Shown: positions 46,762 to 55,459 of the stretch, one piece after another
Layout: every line of letters starts with the position of its first letter
How positions within the stretch are numbered: position 1 is the first letter of the stretch
Position numbers and translations under genes: made by a program
Notes under the pieces: model-generated
Told to the model about the DNA's origin: nothing
The model's database searches: none
The model's input: only the letters and a program-made list of their open reading frames with translations
NCBI GenBank assembly: GCA_965263105.1
Contig: CBDHGL010000006.1
Location: 143,196-207,195, forward strand
Direction: 5' to 3'
Length of the DNA stretch: 64,000 nt
Source: Bacteroidia bacterium
Lineage (GTDB): Bacteria > Bacteroidota > Bacteroidia > J057

Positions 46762-49710
46762 TTGGATAGAAAGGAAGAAAAGCTAAATATTCTTGCTGCC
46801 TCGCTCGATGGAGAGTTGTACCACGACGCTATGATGCGGACCCTTTACGCAACTGATGCATCCGTGTATCGGGAAATGCCCTTGGCGGTGGCGATGCCTA
46901 AGCACAAAGAAGATCTCCAACAATTGATCCACTTCGCAAGGGCAGAAAACACTTCCTTGATTCCTCGCACGGCAGGGACCTCCCTCGCAGGCCAATGTGT
47001 AGGCGATGGCATTGTCGTCGACACCTCCAAATACTTAAATAAAATTCTCGAGGTCAATCAAGAGGAATCCTGGGTCAGGGTTCAACCTGGCGTTGTGAGA
47101 GATGACCTCAACCATTTTCTAAAACCCTATGGATTATTCTTTGGTCCCAATACCTCTACCGCCAATCGAGCCATGATCGGAGGAATGGTGGGGAATAACT
47201 CATGTGGTTCTTATTCCATTGTCTATGGCAGTACAAGAGATCATGTAATAGAGATGGAAGTTCTGTTGAGTGATGGATCTGTGGCTCATTTCCACCCACT
47301 TCTAGGGCATGAGTTTGTTGTTAAGTGTAAGGAAAAAAGCCTAGAAGGACACCTATATACCTACACGAATAAACAGCTTGCCGATGAACGTATCCAAGCA
47401 GAAATCAGAGAGCATTTCCCTGCTCCAGATATTCCGAGACGCAATACAGGCTATGCCTTAGACGCTTTACTCGACTGCCAGCCTTTCACTGAAGGTGGTC
47501 CTCCATTCAACTTCTGTAAGCTACTTGCAGGTTCGGAAGGAACACTTTCCATCACAACGGAAATAAAGATCCATGTGGATCCCCTTCCCCCTTCTCATAT
47601 TGGGCTGCTATGCGTCCACTTCAAAACGCTAAAAGAATCCTTGGAAGCGACAGTAGTTGCCATGCAACATCATCCTAGGGCTGTAGAATTGATGGATCGC
47701 ATCATCATGGATTGCACCAAGGAAAACCGCCACTATCAACAGAATCGATTTTTTATAAATGGGGAGCCGGAAGCCATCCTGATTATAGAAACAGGGGGGG
47801 ATTCTCTAGCATCTGTGAATAAGGGCCTTGATAGCATAGAAGAGGATATGAGAAGGGCTGGAATGGGCTATGATTTTCCACGGGTGTATGGAGAAGATAT
47901 TAAGAAAGTATGGAGTCTTCGGAGTGCGGGATTGGGGCTATTGTCCAATGTCCCGGGCAATGCAAAACCTGTTGCTGTAATAGAAGATACAGCTGTGCGA
48001 CTCCCAGATTTACCAGCCTATATTGAGGAAATCACAGAAATGATGGACCGTTTCGGTCAGCGATCTGTCTACTATGCACACGCTGGGGCAGGAGAATTGC
48101 ACCTTCGACCCATTTTGAATCTCAAAGATCCCATACAAAGGGAACAATTTCACCAAATTGGAGAGGAAACTGCTCATCTGGTAAAAAAATACAATGGTTC
48201 CCTTAGTGGAGAACATGGAGATGGACGGGTGCGAGCAGAATTTATTCCTCTTATGGTAGGAGAAAAGAACTACCAACTATTCAGAGAACTTAAACAAGCC
48301 TGGGATCCGAATAATATTTTCAATCCAGGGAAAATTGTAGATGCGCCCCCTATGAATAGCTCCCTGCGATATGAGTCTGGACAGGAAGAAAAACATTTCT
48401 CTACCCTTTTTGACTTTTCGGAGAGCAAGGGCATCCTACGCACTGTAGAGCGATGTAATGGATCGGGAGACTGTAGAAAATCCCATCTTTCCGGGGGCAC
48501 CATGTGCCCCAGCTATATGGCTACCTTAAATGAAAAAGATACCACCAGAGCCCGTGCAAATATTCTGAGGGAATTTCTCACTCGATCGGAGCGAAAAAAC
48601 CCCTTTTCTCATAAAGAAATATATGAGGTGATGGATCTATGTCTCTCCTGCAAGGGCTGTACCTCAGAATGTCCATCCAACGTGGACATGGCTACCTTAA
48701 AAGCGGAGTTTTTATATCAATATCACCAGGCAACGGGAGTTCCCTTGCGTTCCAGAATGTTTGCCCATGTTGCCAAGCTCAATCAAATGGCTTCCCTCTT
48801 ACCAGGTCTGAGCAACTTCCTCTTTAAAAACAACCTGTCAAGTAGTTTAATAAAGAGCACAATGGGATTTGCCCCAAAAAGAGATATCCCCAATATACAT
48901 CCTCAAACACTCCGCAAATGGTACCAGAAAAATGAGCAGGAACTCAACCAGAAAGCCTCCAATCAAGAAAATCGGGGCAGTGTTCTTTTTTTCTGCGATG
49001 AGTTCACCAACTTTTTGGATACCCCGATAGGAATTACAGCCTTGAAACTCCTTGCCCATCTCGGGTATACCATTTCCATGATTCCCCATGCAGAAAGTGG
49101 AAGGGCACATATATCCAAAGGCTTGCTCAAGGAAGCTCAAAAAATGGCTATTCGAAATGTAAAGGCCTTTAAGGGGCAAATATCTGAGACTAAGCCATTG
49201 ATCGGTCTAGAACCTTCGGCCATTCTTAGCTTTAGGGATGAATATCTCAAACTCGTTCCCCAAGAACTGCGTGCCGACGCCCAAACCGTCGCCAAACACT
49301 GTTATACTATAGATGAATTTCTGGCAAAGGAAGTAGAAAAGGGAAATATTTCCCCTTCTCGCTTTACTGACAAAGCCCAGGATATTCTTTTGCATGCCCA
49401 TTGCCATCAAAAAGCCTTGAGTTCATCCCACTTCACCGAAATTCTCTTATCTCTACCCCAAAACTATCAAGTAGAAGTAATCCCTTCGGGTTGTTGTGGA
49501 ATGGCCGGATCCTTTGGATACGAAAAAGAGCATTATTCCTTGTCTATGAAAATTGGAGAACTTGTTCTATTTCCAGCCGTAAGAAAAGTCATGAATGAGG
49601 TAGTAATTGCAGCCCCAGGAACAAGTTGTAGGCATCAGATAAAGGATGGGACTCAGCGCCGAGCCCTACATCCTGTAGAAATATTATGGGAGGCCTTGGA
49701 AAATAACTAA
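46762..49710 (+). CDS. FAD-linked oxidase fused to a 4Fe-4S and CCG (cysteine-rich) domain protein (YdiJ / GlcD-GlcF-fusion-like)
   Basis: The N-terminus is an FAD_binding_4 region (IPRTAGTSLAGQ). The ferredoxin motif CLSCKGCTSECPSNVD is present. The C-terminus has CCG motifs (HAHCHQKA, GCCGMAGSFG). The start is TTG in the ORF track and is uncertain. Confidence 0.75.
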   Translation: MDRKEEKLNILAASLDGELYHDAMMRTLYATDASVYREMPLAVAMPKHKEDLQQLIHFARAENTSLIPRTAGTSLAGQCVGDGIVVDTSKYLNKILEVNQEESWVRVQPGVVRDDLNHFLKPYGLFFGPNTSTANRAMIGGMVGNNSCGSYSIVYGSTRDHVIEMEVLLSDGSVAHFHPLLGHEFVVKCKEKSLEGHLYTYTNKQLADERIQAEIREHFPAPDIPRRNTGYALDALLDCQPFTEGGPPFNFCKLLAGSEGTLSITTEIKIHVDPLPPSHIGLLCVHFKTLKESLEATVVAMQHHPRAVELMDRIIMDCTKENRHYQQNRFFINGEPEAILIIETGGDSLASVNKGLDSIEEDMRRAGMGYDFPRVYGEDIKKVWSLRSAGLGLLSNVPGNAKPVAVIEDTAVRLPDLPAYIEEITEMMDRFGQRSVYYAHAGAGELHLRPILNLKDPIQREQFHQIGEETAHLVKKYNGSLSGEHGDGRVRAEFIPLMVGEKNYQLFRELKQAWDPNNIFNPGKIVDAPPMNSSLRYESGQEEKHFSTLFDFSESKGILRTVERCNGSGDCRKSHLSGGTMCPSYMATLNEKDTTRARANILREFLTRSERKNPFSHKEIYEVMDLCLSCKGCTSECPSNVDMATLKAEFLYQYHQATGVPLRSRMFAHVAKLNQMASLLPGLSNFLFKNNLSSSLIKSTMGFAPKRDIPNIHPQTLRKWYQKNEQELNQKASNQENRGSVLFFCDEFTNFLDTPIGITALKLLAHLGYTISMIPHAESGRAHISKGLLKEAQKMAIRNVKAFKGQISETKPLIGLEPSAILSFRDEYLKLVPQELRADAQTVAKHCYTIDEFLAKEVEKGNISPSRFTDKAQDILLHAHCHQKALSSSHFTEILLSLPQNYQVEVIPSGCCGMAGSFGYEKEHYSLSMKIGELVLFPAVRKVMNEVVIAAPGTSCRHQIKDGTQRRALHPVEILWEALENN

Positions 49711-49790
49711 ATTAAAAGAGAGATAGGCTTGATTAAATTTCGATAAAAATTATATACGGATTTTAGGTTAAAATCATTTACTTTACCGTC

Positions 49791-50279
49791 ATGAAAATGC
49801 GTTATCCCTTTCTAGTCCTAATGGGATTATTGGTCGCTCACTCAATGGTGGCTCAAAAACCCGATTCTGTCATTTATGAAGATTTGAAAAAACTTCCCAA
49901 AGGAAGTTTCGTCACATTCACGGATACTCTGACCCTTTCGGCTCATTCCACGATGGAATCCTTGAAATGTGATCCTGGAAATGCCCATGCCATGCCCTAT
50001 GACATAAAGGTATTGTTCAGTACCAGTAACAAAATGAGACAAATTCAAGGCGGCAAAAAATATCGTATAAGGGACTTCTATATGGCAGAACCTCTAAAAG
50101 AATTCTTGGTTTTGGAGTTGAAAAAGGATCTCCTTTTAAAAATTCCCTATGAAGGAGCCTTTGCCATTCGATCGACTACAGACTTATTGAAGGCTTGTGG
50201 AGATCGTTTGTATATTGATATTCAGAAGATAAAACAGTTGAAGCCAGGCCTAAGTTTTCAATCGCTCAACAATCGCTAA
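49791..50279 (+). CDS. Hypothetical secreted protein
   Basis: The 162-aa ORF has a signal peptide (MKMRYPFLVLMGLLVAHSMVAQ). No recognisable family was seen. Confidence 0.4.
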   Translation: MKMRYPFLVLMGLLVAHSMVAQKPDSVIYEDLKKLPKGSFVTFTDTLTLSAHSTMESLKCDPGNAHAMPYDIKVLFSTSNKMRQIQGGKKYRIRDFYMAEPLKEFLVLELKKDLLLKIPYEGAFAIRSTTDLLKACGDRLYIDIQKIKQLKPGLSFQSLNNR

Positions 50280-50735
50280 AACAGCTGGGCAGGTCAATGT
50301 ATTTTGATAAGTGATATTCAAGTACCTGTGCATCCCTCGACTATCCGTATGGGGATAGGTTCTACAGGCTTTGGGGCGAACTTCATAAATTTTACACCGA
50401 TTGTCGTCCTTTAGAAAGGGGCAGGGAAGTTGCTGGAGTACTCGATCCTGGTCTTCATCTATTCTCAGGTATTGCTCCATAAATTTGCCAGGGGATACCT
50501 TGAGAAAGGAGGCAATTCTATCTATATCCTCTGATGAAAATTTAGGTCCCAAGCTTTTACAACAATTTGCACAGCTGAGGCAGGAAAAATCTGAGAATAC
50601 CTCTTCATGTGCTTCTTTAAAGGCCCTATCTAATTGCTTAGGTTTCTCTTTCTTTAAGGTTTGAATGAATTCTTTATTGGATTTCTTCAATCGATTTGCT
50701 CTTTCTCTAAAAGAGGTAAGTTCTGGTTCTACCAT
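50250..50735 (-). CDS. YkgJ-family cysteine-cluster (zinc/iron-chelating) protein
   Basis: CLSCANCCK is the CxxCxxCC motif. A second cluster, CPFL...RCKIYEVRPKACRTYP, is also present. Confidence 0.7.
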   Translation of the reverse strand: MVEPELTSFRERANRLKKSNKEFIQTLKKEKPKQLDRAFKEAHEEVFSDFSCLSCANCCKSLGPKFSSEDIDRIASFLKVSPGKFMEQYLRIDEDQDRVLQQLPCPFLKDDNRCKIYEVRPKACRTYPHTDSRGMHRYLNITYQNTLTCPAVLAIVERLKT

Positions 50736-50869
50736 ATTTACAACAGCGGATTAAGAATAAATTTGACGGGCAAAGTTACATACTAACCCGTCCTTTCAAC
50801 ATTTATTTTGATAAAATATTTTTTAATGGCTTTTTTGTTTGAAAGTCGAAACAGACGGTATTTTGCTTT

Positions 50870-52246
50870 ATGGCATTCAGCTCACCTATTCGCTATGCTA
50901 TTGCTTTTGTTTTTCTCCTGTTCTTGGTAATCGTAGGATTGCTTGCATTCTTCTATGGCAAGAATTACTGGTCGGATCGTCTCTATGTCCATTACGTTCT
51001 CAAAAATGCATGGGAGTATGAGAGAGCTCCTATTTCAGATGCCTATGTAGACCAATTGGCTTATAATGAAGGTGATTCGCTGATCTTGTATGCACATTCA
51101 ACAGAAAAAGACAGCTCCCATCTCTACCTTTATGATATTGGGGGACATATTCAAGATAGCCTGTTTTTTTCTCCTCAGGCTCAGGAAATTGGAGATAATC
51201 CGGCCGTCGAAGGCTTTGGGTTCAAAGGAAATGCCCTATATAGAGTTCCTCTCCTAAAGCCAGGCCTATATACCTGGGAAAAAGTAGCCCCCTTTATCAT
51301 CCGAGGCCTGGAGAATGCCCCAATAAGTATCCTGTACCCCTCCAATACCATTCAAGCTTACAACATCAGGGGTGGCAAAAGTTTTTACAGCATGTTTTCG
51401 GAGGCTTCAGATACCATTTCCTTTATGAGGCCCACCTTTCCAGCTATATCATTCATGATAGCTCCCATGCTCGAATGGTTATATCAACAAGATTATCCCT
51501 TGAGATTTATTACTGACATGGACCTGGAAAGTTCCTCAATACTAGATTCTACCCAACTTTTGGTCATCATCGGGCACAGTGAATACTGGACGGAGAAGGC
51601 TAGGGCCACCTTTGATGCCTATGTGGATCAAGGAGGCAATGCCCTAATTCTTTCTGGAAATACTCTTTGGTGGAAGGTTCGGTATTCACCGGATAAAAAG
51701 CAATTAATCTGCTTCAAAAACGGCAATGATCCCCTCGAAAGCCCTAAGGATAGAACTGGAAATTGGGCAGATCACCTGGGCAAAGATCCCCTCTCGAGTA
51801 TTGGGGTAAGCTTTGGCTTAGGAGGCTATGGTCGAAAATACCCTGTCAGCAAAGACGGCTTTACCCTCTTGGATACCACACACATCTTATTTAGAGAGTG
51901 GGATTACCAAGGCACTCCCTTTATCCATGTGCCTACCAAGGAATATGATGGACAGTATGTTCTCTATGAGAATGAGCAACCCATTTTAGATAGCTCTCGG
52001 ATAAGCTTTCATCGTTTTAAGCTGCTGGGCTATGACAGGGCCTCTCATGGATATGACATGGGCACCGCAAGCATTATGCTGGTTCAAAAAACAGATAGCA
52101 GTGGAGTCATTCTCAATTTTCCTTCTACTGACTGGTGTAGCCCATACGGAATGGGAGGGAAGGATGGAGAAAAAATCAAAGCAATTACGGAACGTGCAAT
52201 TGAATTTTTGTGGGATCAGAAAAAGACCACCCTACTTTGGGAATGA
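50870..52246 (+). CDS. Membrane-anchored protein with N,N-dimethylformamidase-beta-subunit-like (DUF6605-type) domain
   Basis: An N-terminal TM helix is present. ILYPSNTIQAYNIRGGKSFY ... LLVIIGHSEYWTEKARATFDAYVDQGGNALILSGNTLWWKVRY matches the family hallmark from memory. Confidence 0.5.
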   Translation: MAFSSPIRYAIAFVFLLFLVIVGLLAFFYGKNYWSDRLYVHYVLKNAWEYERAPISDAYVDQLAYNEGDSLILYAHSTEKDSSHLYLYDIGGHIQDSLFFSPQAQEIGDNPAVEGFGFKGNALYRVPLLKPGLYTWEKVAPFIIRGLENAPISILYPSNTIQAYNIRGGKSFYSMFSEASDTISFMRPTFPAISFMIAPMLEWLYQQDYPLRFITDMDLESSSILDSTQLLVIIGHSEYWTEKARATFDAYVDQGGNALILSGNTLWWKVRYSPDKKQLICFKNGNDPLESPKDRTGNWADHLGKDPLSSIGVSFGLGGYGRKYPVSKDGFTLLDTTHILFREWDYQGTPFIHVPTKEYDGQYVLYENEQPILDSSRISFHRFKLLGYDRASHGYDMGTASIMLVQKTDSSGVILNFPSTDWCSPYGMGGKDGEKIKAITERAIEFLWDQKKTTLLWE

Positions 52247-53259
52247 CTTTCAAGAGCTGCTTCAATGACCTGAATACTTTGTAAGGCTTGCTCTGGTGCC
52301 ACGGGAACTTCCCTACCCTCCCGGATGGCCTCATAGAGTTGGGTGTAAAAAGCCCCGTAGTTTCCGGGCAAGGAAGGAACCCTTGCATCCATATGGAGCG
52401 CATCACTTTTCCGGTAGAGATACCCCCATGAATCTTTCCCTTCCTCCCCCCAACCTGGCCCGAAGGGTTCCTCCCCTTTTTTTAAGGCTTCCTCCTGCGG
52501 ATCCATTCCGGATTTGAAAAAACTCCCTTTAACTCCATGAAGAATATACTTGGGCCCTGGTTTGGGGACCAAATAACTTACCCGAAGCATGACCTTCAAG
52601 GCTTCATATCTCATGATTAGGTCAAAATTGTCAATAATATTTCCCCCTTTCCGCTGAATCTGTAAATCGGCGAATATACTTTGGGGCATCCCGAATAATA
52701 GCAGTGCTTGATCGATCAAGTGAGAACCTAAATTGTATAAAACTCCTGTTCCCGGAATCCTTTCTTCTTTCCAGGTTCCTTCTTGGATGAAATCCCGAAA
52801 GCGGTCATAGTGAGCCTCAAAGGAAATGAGCTTTCCCAGCAGGTTTTGACGTAGAATTTCCTGCACTGTCAAGAAATCACTATCCCACCGCCTATTTTGA
52901 TAGACAGTCAATAGACAGTTTTGCTTGCGGGCAAACTGAATTAATTTTTCTCCTTCCTCAGAGCTTGGAGTGAAAGCTTTTTCTACAACTACGTGTTTTT
53001 TGGCTTCCAATGCCTTCCAAGTTAACTCAAAATGAGTAGGTTCCGGAGTATTTACAATCACCAACTCTATCGCAGGATCAGATAGAATGGAATCATAATC
53101 ACGAACTACTTTCAAGTTAGTATACTGATTAACAGATCTTTGGGGATTCCTGACAAGTACATGACTTAATTCGTAACCAGAATGGGCATTTAAGATAGGC
53201 GCATGAAACACCTTCCCCGACATTCCGTATGCACATAAAGCTGTTTGGATTTTTCTCAT
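52216..53259 (-). CDS. Gfo/Idh/MocA-family NAD(P)-dependent oxidoreductase
   Basis: The N-terminal Rossmann region is CAYGMSGKVFHAPIL...VVEKAF. The size and C-terminal alpha/beta domain pattern also fit the family. Confidence 0.75.
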   Translation of the reverse strand: MRKIQTALCAYGMSGKVFHAPILNAHSGYELSHVLVRNPQRSVNQYTNLKVVRDYDSILSDPAIELVIVNTPEPTHFELTWKALEAKKHVVVEKAFTPSSEEGEKLIQFARKQNCLLTVYQNRRWDSDFLTVQEILRQNLLGKLISFEAHYDRFRDFIQEGTWKEERIPGTGVLYNLGSHLIDQALLLFGMPQSIFADLQIQRKGGNIIDNFDLIMRYEALKVMLRVSYLVPKPGPKYILHGVKGSFFKSGMDPQEEALKKGEEPFGPGWGEEGKDSWGYLYRKSDALHMDARVPSLPGNYGAFYTQLYEAIREGREVPVAPEQALQSIQVIEAALESHSQSRVVFF

Positions 53260-53451
53260 GTTATGTAATGAAATCTTTCGAATTAGAAATTCAAATTTAA
53301 TATGGAAAATTTTATAACTTTAGGAGGCAACCTTACGTACACAAATTACGACGGGTACAAAACAAATTAGGTATGGTATTTGTATCATTAGTAGAAAGAA
53401 TAAGAAAAAAAGAATATTAAGATATCGTAGTAGTAGTTTGGTTAGTTGAAT

Positions 53452-53483
53452 GGGGCGGATCCTTCCGCCCTCTTCTTTTTTTT
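53452..53483 (+). terminator. Orphan plus-strand rho-independent terminator (no annotated plus-strand gene upstream)
   Basis: A GC stem pairs GGGCGGA (53453-53459) with TCCGCCC (53464-53470) around the loop TCCT. It is followed by TCTTCTTTTTTTT. Confidence 0.65.
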
Positions 53484-53510
53484 ATTCTTTTCTCAGAAAA
53501 ATTTCCCTAT

Positions 53511-53541
53511 AAAAAAAGGCCAACCGAATGGTTGACCTTTT
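53511..53541. terminator. Bidirectional terminator downstream of the caspase-like gene
   Basis: AAGGCCAACC (53516-53525) pairs with GGTTGACCTT (53530-53539) at 9 of 10 positions. The stem is flanked by an A7 run and a T4 run. Confidence 0.6.
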
Positions 53542-53570
53542 AGATTTTTATATGTTAGGGCTTACTGACC

Positions 53571-55328
53571 TTACTTTCTATAGAAGACAAATACGCCTCC
53601 TTCATCGCCTACGAGGCTTAAAGGACTTCCTACAGGTGTTTGACGTGTATTACGGCTTACCTTAAGGCTTACCTGGCGTATAAGGTCATTTGCTGGTAGC
53701 TTGGTCCGTATATTTTGTCGGAGTGTGTTGATAAGGAAGGCCGCGAAAGGACTATTTTGTCCCGGCTCACCATCCCATACTTTTTCAATATTTCCTGAAG
53801 TAAAGGCCCAACGCGATTTAAAGTTCTCACCGAGGATATCGGATCTTGTAGCGAAGAGGGAACCTGCGTAACAGGCATCAGCAACCAAAAGAATGTGTTT
53901 GGATTTGATGGTCTTCAGGTAATCGTGAATGGTGGAATTCCGAATATAGTCTGGAATCTTCTCTTGCCTAGCTCCTACAGGCACCCAATACCCCAGATGA
54001 GAACCCGTATCGTAGTATCCATGCCCAGCATAGTAGATAAGTAGGTTGTCATTGGGAGTAATGATATCTTGTAAAGACTCAAATGTCTCTAGGATATTTT
54101 CGCGGGTAGCCGACTTATTAAAAAGCCGGATAACGTTTTCAGGTTCAAACTGATAATAATTGGTGAGTACACCGGCTAAGTCCTGACAATCTTTTACTGC
54201 ATTATTGAGGTTGCCCCAATGGTCGTATTGATTTACCCCAATCAATAGGATATAGTTCTTACCATTGGGGTTCATCCATTTATTAGAAGAGGAGGAAAAG
54301 GCGGTAGTGGTATTGTAAGTAGAAGGAGAATAATCACTAGACGAGGAGGCTATTGGGGTAGAATTATATGCGGAAATATTCTTCACATAGAATTTTTTCT
54401 CAGACCGATTGCCAGAAAAGTCTACTGCGACAAGTTTGATGGGCTTATGCTGCCTAAAAGAGGATATATCTAATTGGGTATAAAAATTTCCTCCACGTGT
54501 AAAAGGAACTGTCTTCCCATTTACAGAAAATTCTTTAATCCCGGTATTGTCTTTCAGGTATCCCCGAACATCCAAAACATTAGAGTGTGTAGATATATAG
54601 TCATTGGTTAAGGATGGAGCCGTAAGGGTAATGCTAGGTCTTTCCGAATCCATCATCATCAACTCCTGGATCTTGAAATAGTCTACCTCTATAGAAGTAT
54701 TTCCATTAACCAAAAACCCAAACTCATTCCCAAACAAAGGGAGAGCCTGTGATTTGTGGACAAGCTTTTTATTGATAAAAAAGAACCAATTCCTCCCTAC
54801 CTTCCGAACCGTAAGCATATTAAATGCATGAGATGCTAAAGAAGAGTGAGGTATCCAATTCTTAAGGCTCGTACTACGAAAGTTGTAGTATTGGGTAATT
54901 TTGTAATTCCCCTGGGGCGTGTAGTAAAAATTAAAGGAATTACTTTTGGTATCAGCACCAAAAATGAGGCCTAAGGAAGTATTTTTCCCCCCTCTCACAT
55001 AGCGCATCCGGATCTCAATCTGATAATCCTTATTGGAATCAAATACAAAATCCTTGACTTTTGAAATGGGCTCAGCACGAAGGTTATCGCAGGAAAATTC
55101 TCCACCTTCTATATGCATCCTCATATACCTGCTATCCAGGTTCCAGTTGTTTCGGTTGTCATGAAACTCATCAAATACTACGGTGTGCCTATCCGACTCG
55201 GGAACACCCATGTAAGCATCAGGCTGCCAAGTAACTTGGCCAGTTACGGGGATGAGATTACCGAAAACAAATACTAGAAGGAACACATATGATGAGCAAG
55301 GGAAGTAATACTCTCGCATAGCTCGCAT
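53571..55328 (-). CDS. Secreted caspase-family (peptidase C14) protein with N-terminal jelly-roll/LamG-like and Ig-like domains
   Basis: The C-terminal domain begins YILLIGVNQYD. It continues to LLIYYAGHGY (catalytic His context) and ILLVADACYAGSL (catalytic Cys context). The N-terminus has a signal peptide, a ~190-aa beta-rich region, an Ig-like segment and a Ser-rich linker. The start is uncertain (ATG at 55328 or 55319, TTG at 55346). Confidence 0.75.
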   Translation of the reverse strand: MRAMREYYFPCSSYVFLLVFVFGNLIPVTGQVTWQPDAYMGVPESDRHTVVFDEFHDNRNNWNLDSRYMRMHIEGGEFSCDNLRAEPISKVKDFVFDSNKDYQIEIRMRYVRGGKNTSLGLIFGADTKSNSFNFYYTPQGNYKITQYYNFRSTSLKNWIPHSSLASHAFNMLTVRKVGRNWFFFINKKLVHKSQALPLFGNEFGFLVNGNTSIEVDYFKIQELMMMDSERPSITLTAPSLTNDYISTHSNVLDVRGYLKDNTGIKEFSVNGKTVPFTRGGNFYTQLDISSFRQHKPIKLVAVDFSGNRSEKKFYVKNISAYNSTPIASSSSDYSPSTYNTTTAFSSSSNKWMNPNGKNYILLIGVNQYDHWGNLNNAVKDCQDLAGVLTNYYQFEPENVIRLFNKSATRENILETFESLQDIITPNDNLLIYYAGHGYYDTGSHLGYWVPVGARQEKIPDYIRNSTIHDYLKTIKSKHILLVADACYAGSLFATRSDILGENFKSRWAFTSGNIEKVWDGEPGQNSPFAAFLINTLRQNIRTKLPANDLIRQVSLKVSRNTRQTPVGSPLSLVGDEGGVFVFYRK

Positions 55329-55459
55329 ATAATTAATGACATCCAAAATATGAAAATCGTTTTATATCTTCAAATAATTTTTCTTTCACGAAACTACTTT
55401 CAACGTTTAACCCCTTCTCATCCCTTGAGTTCCAAAACAAATACTTACCAATTCTAGTA

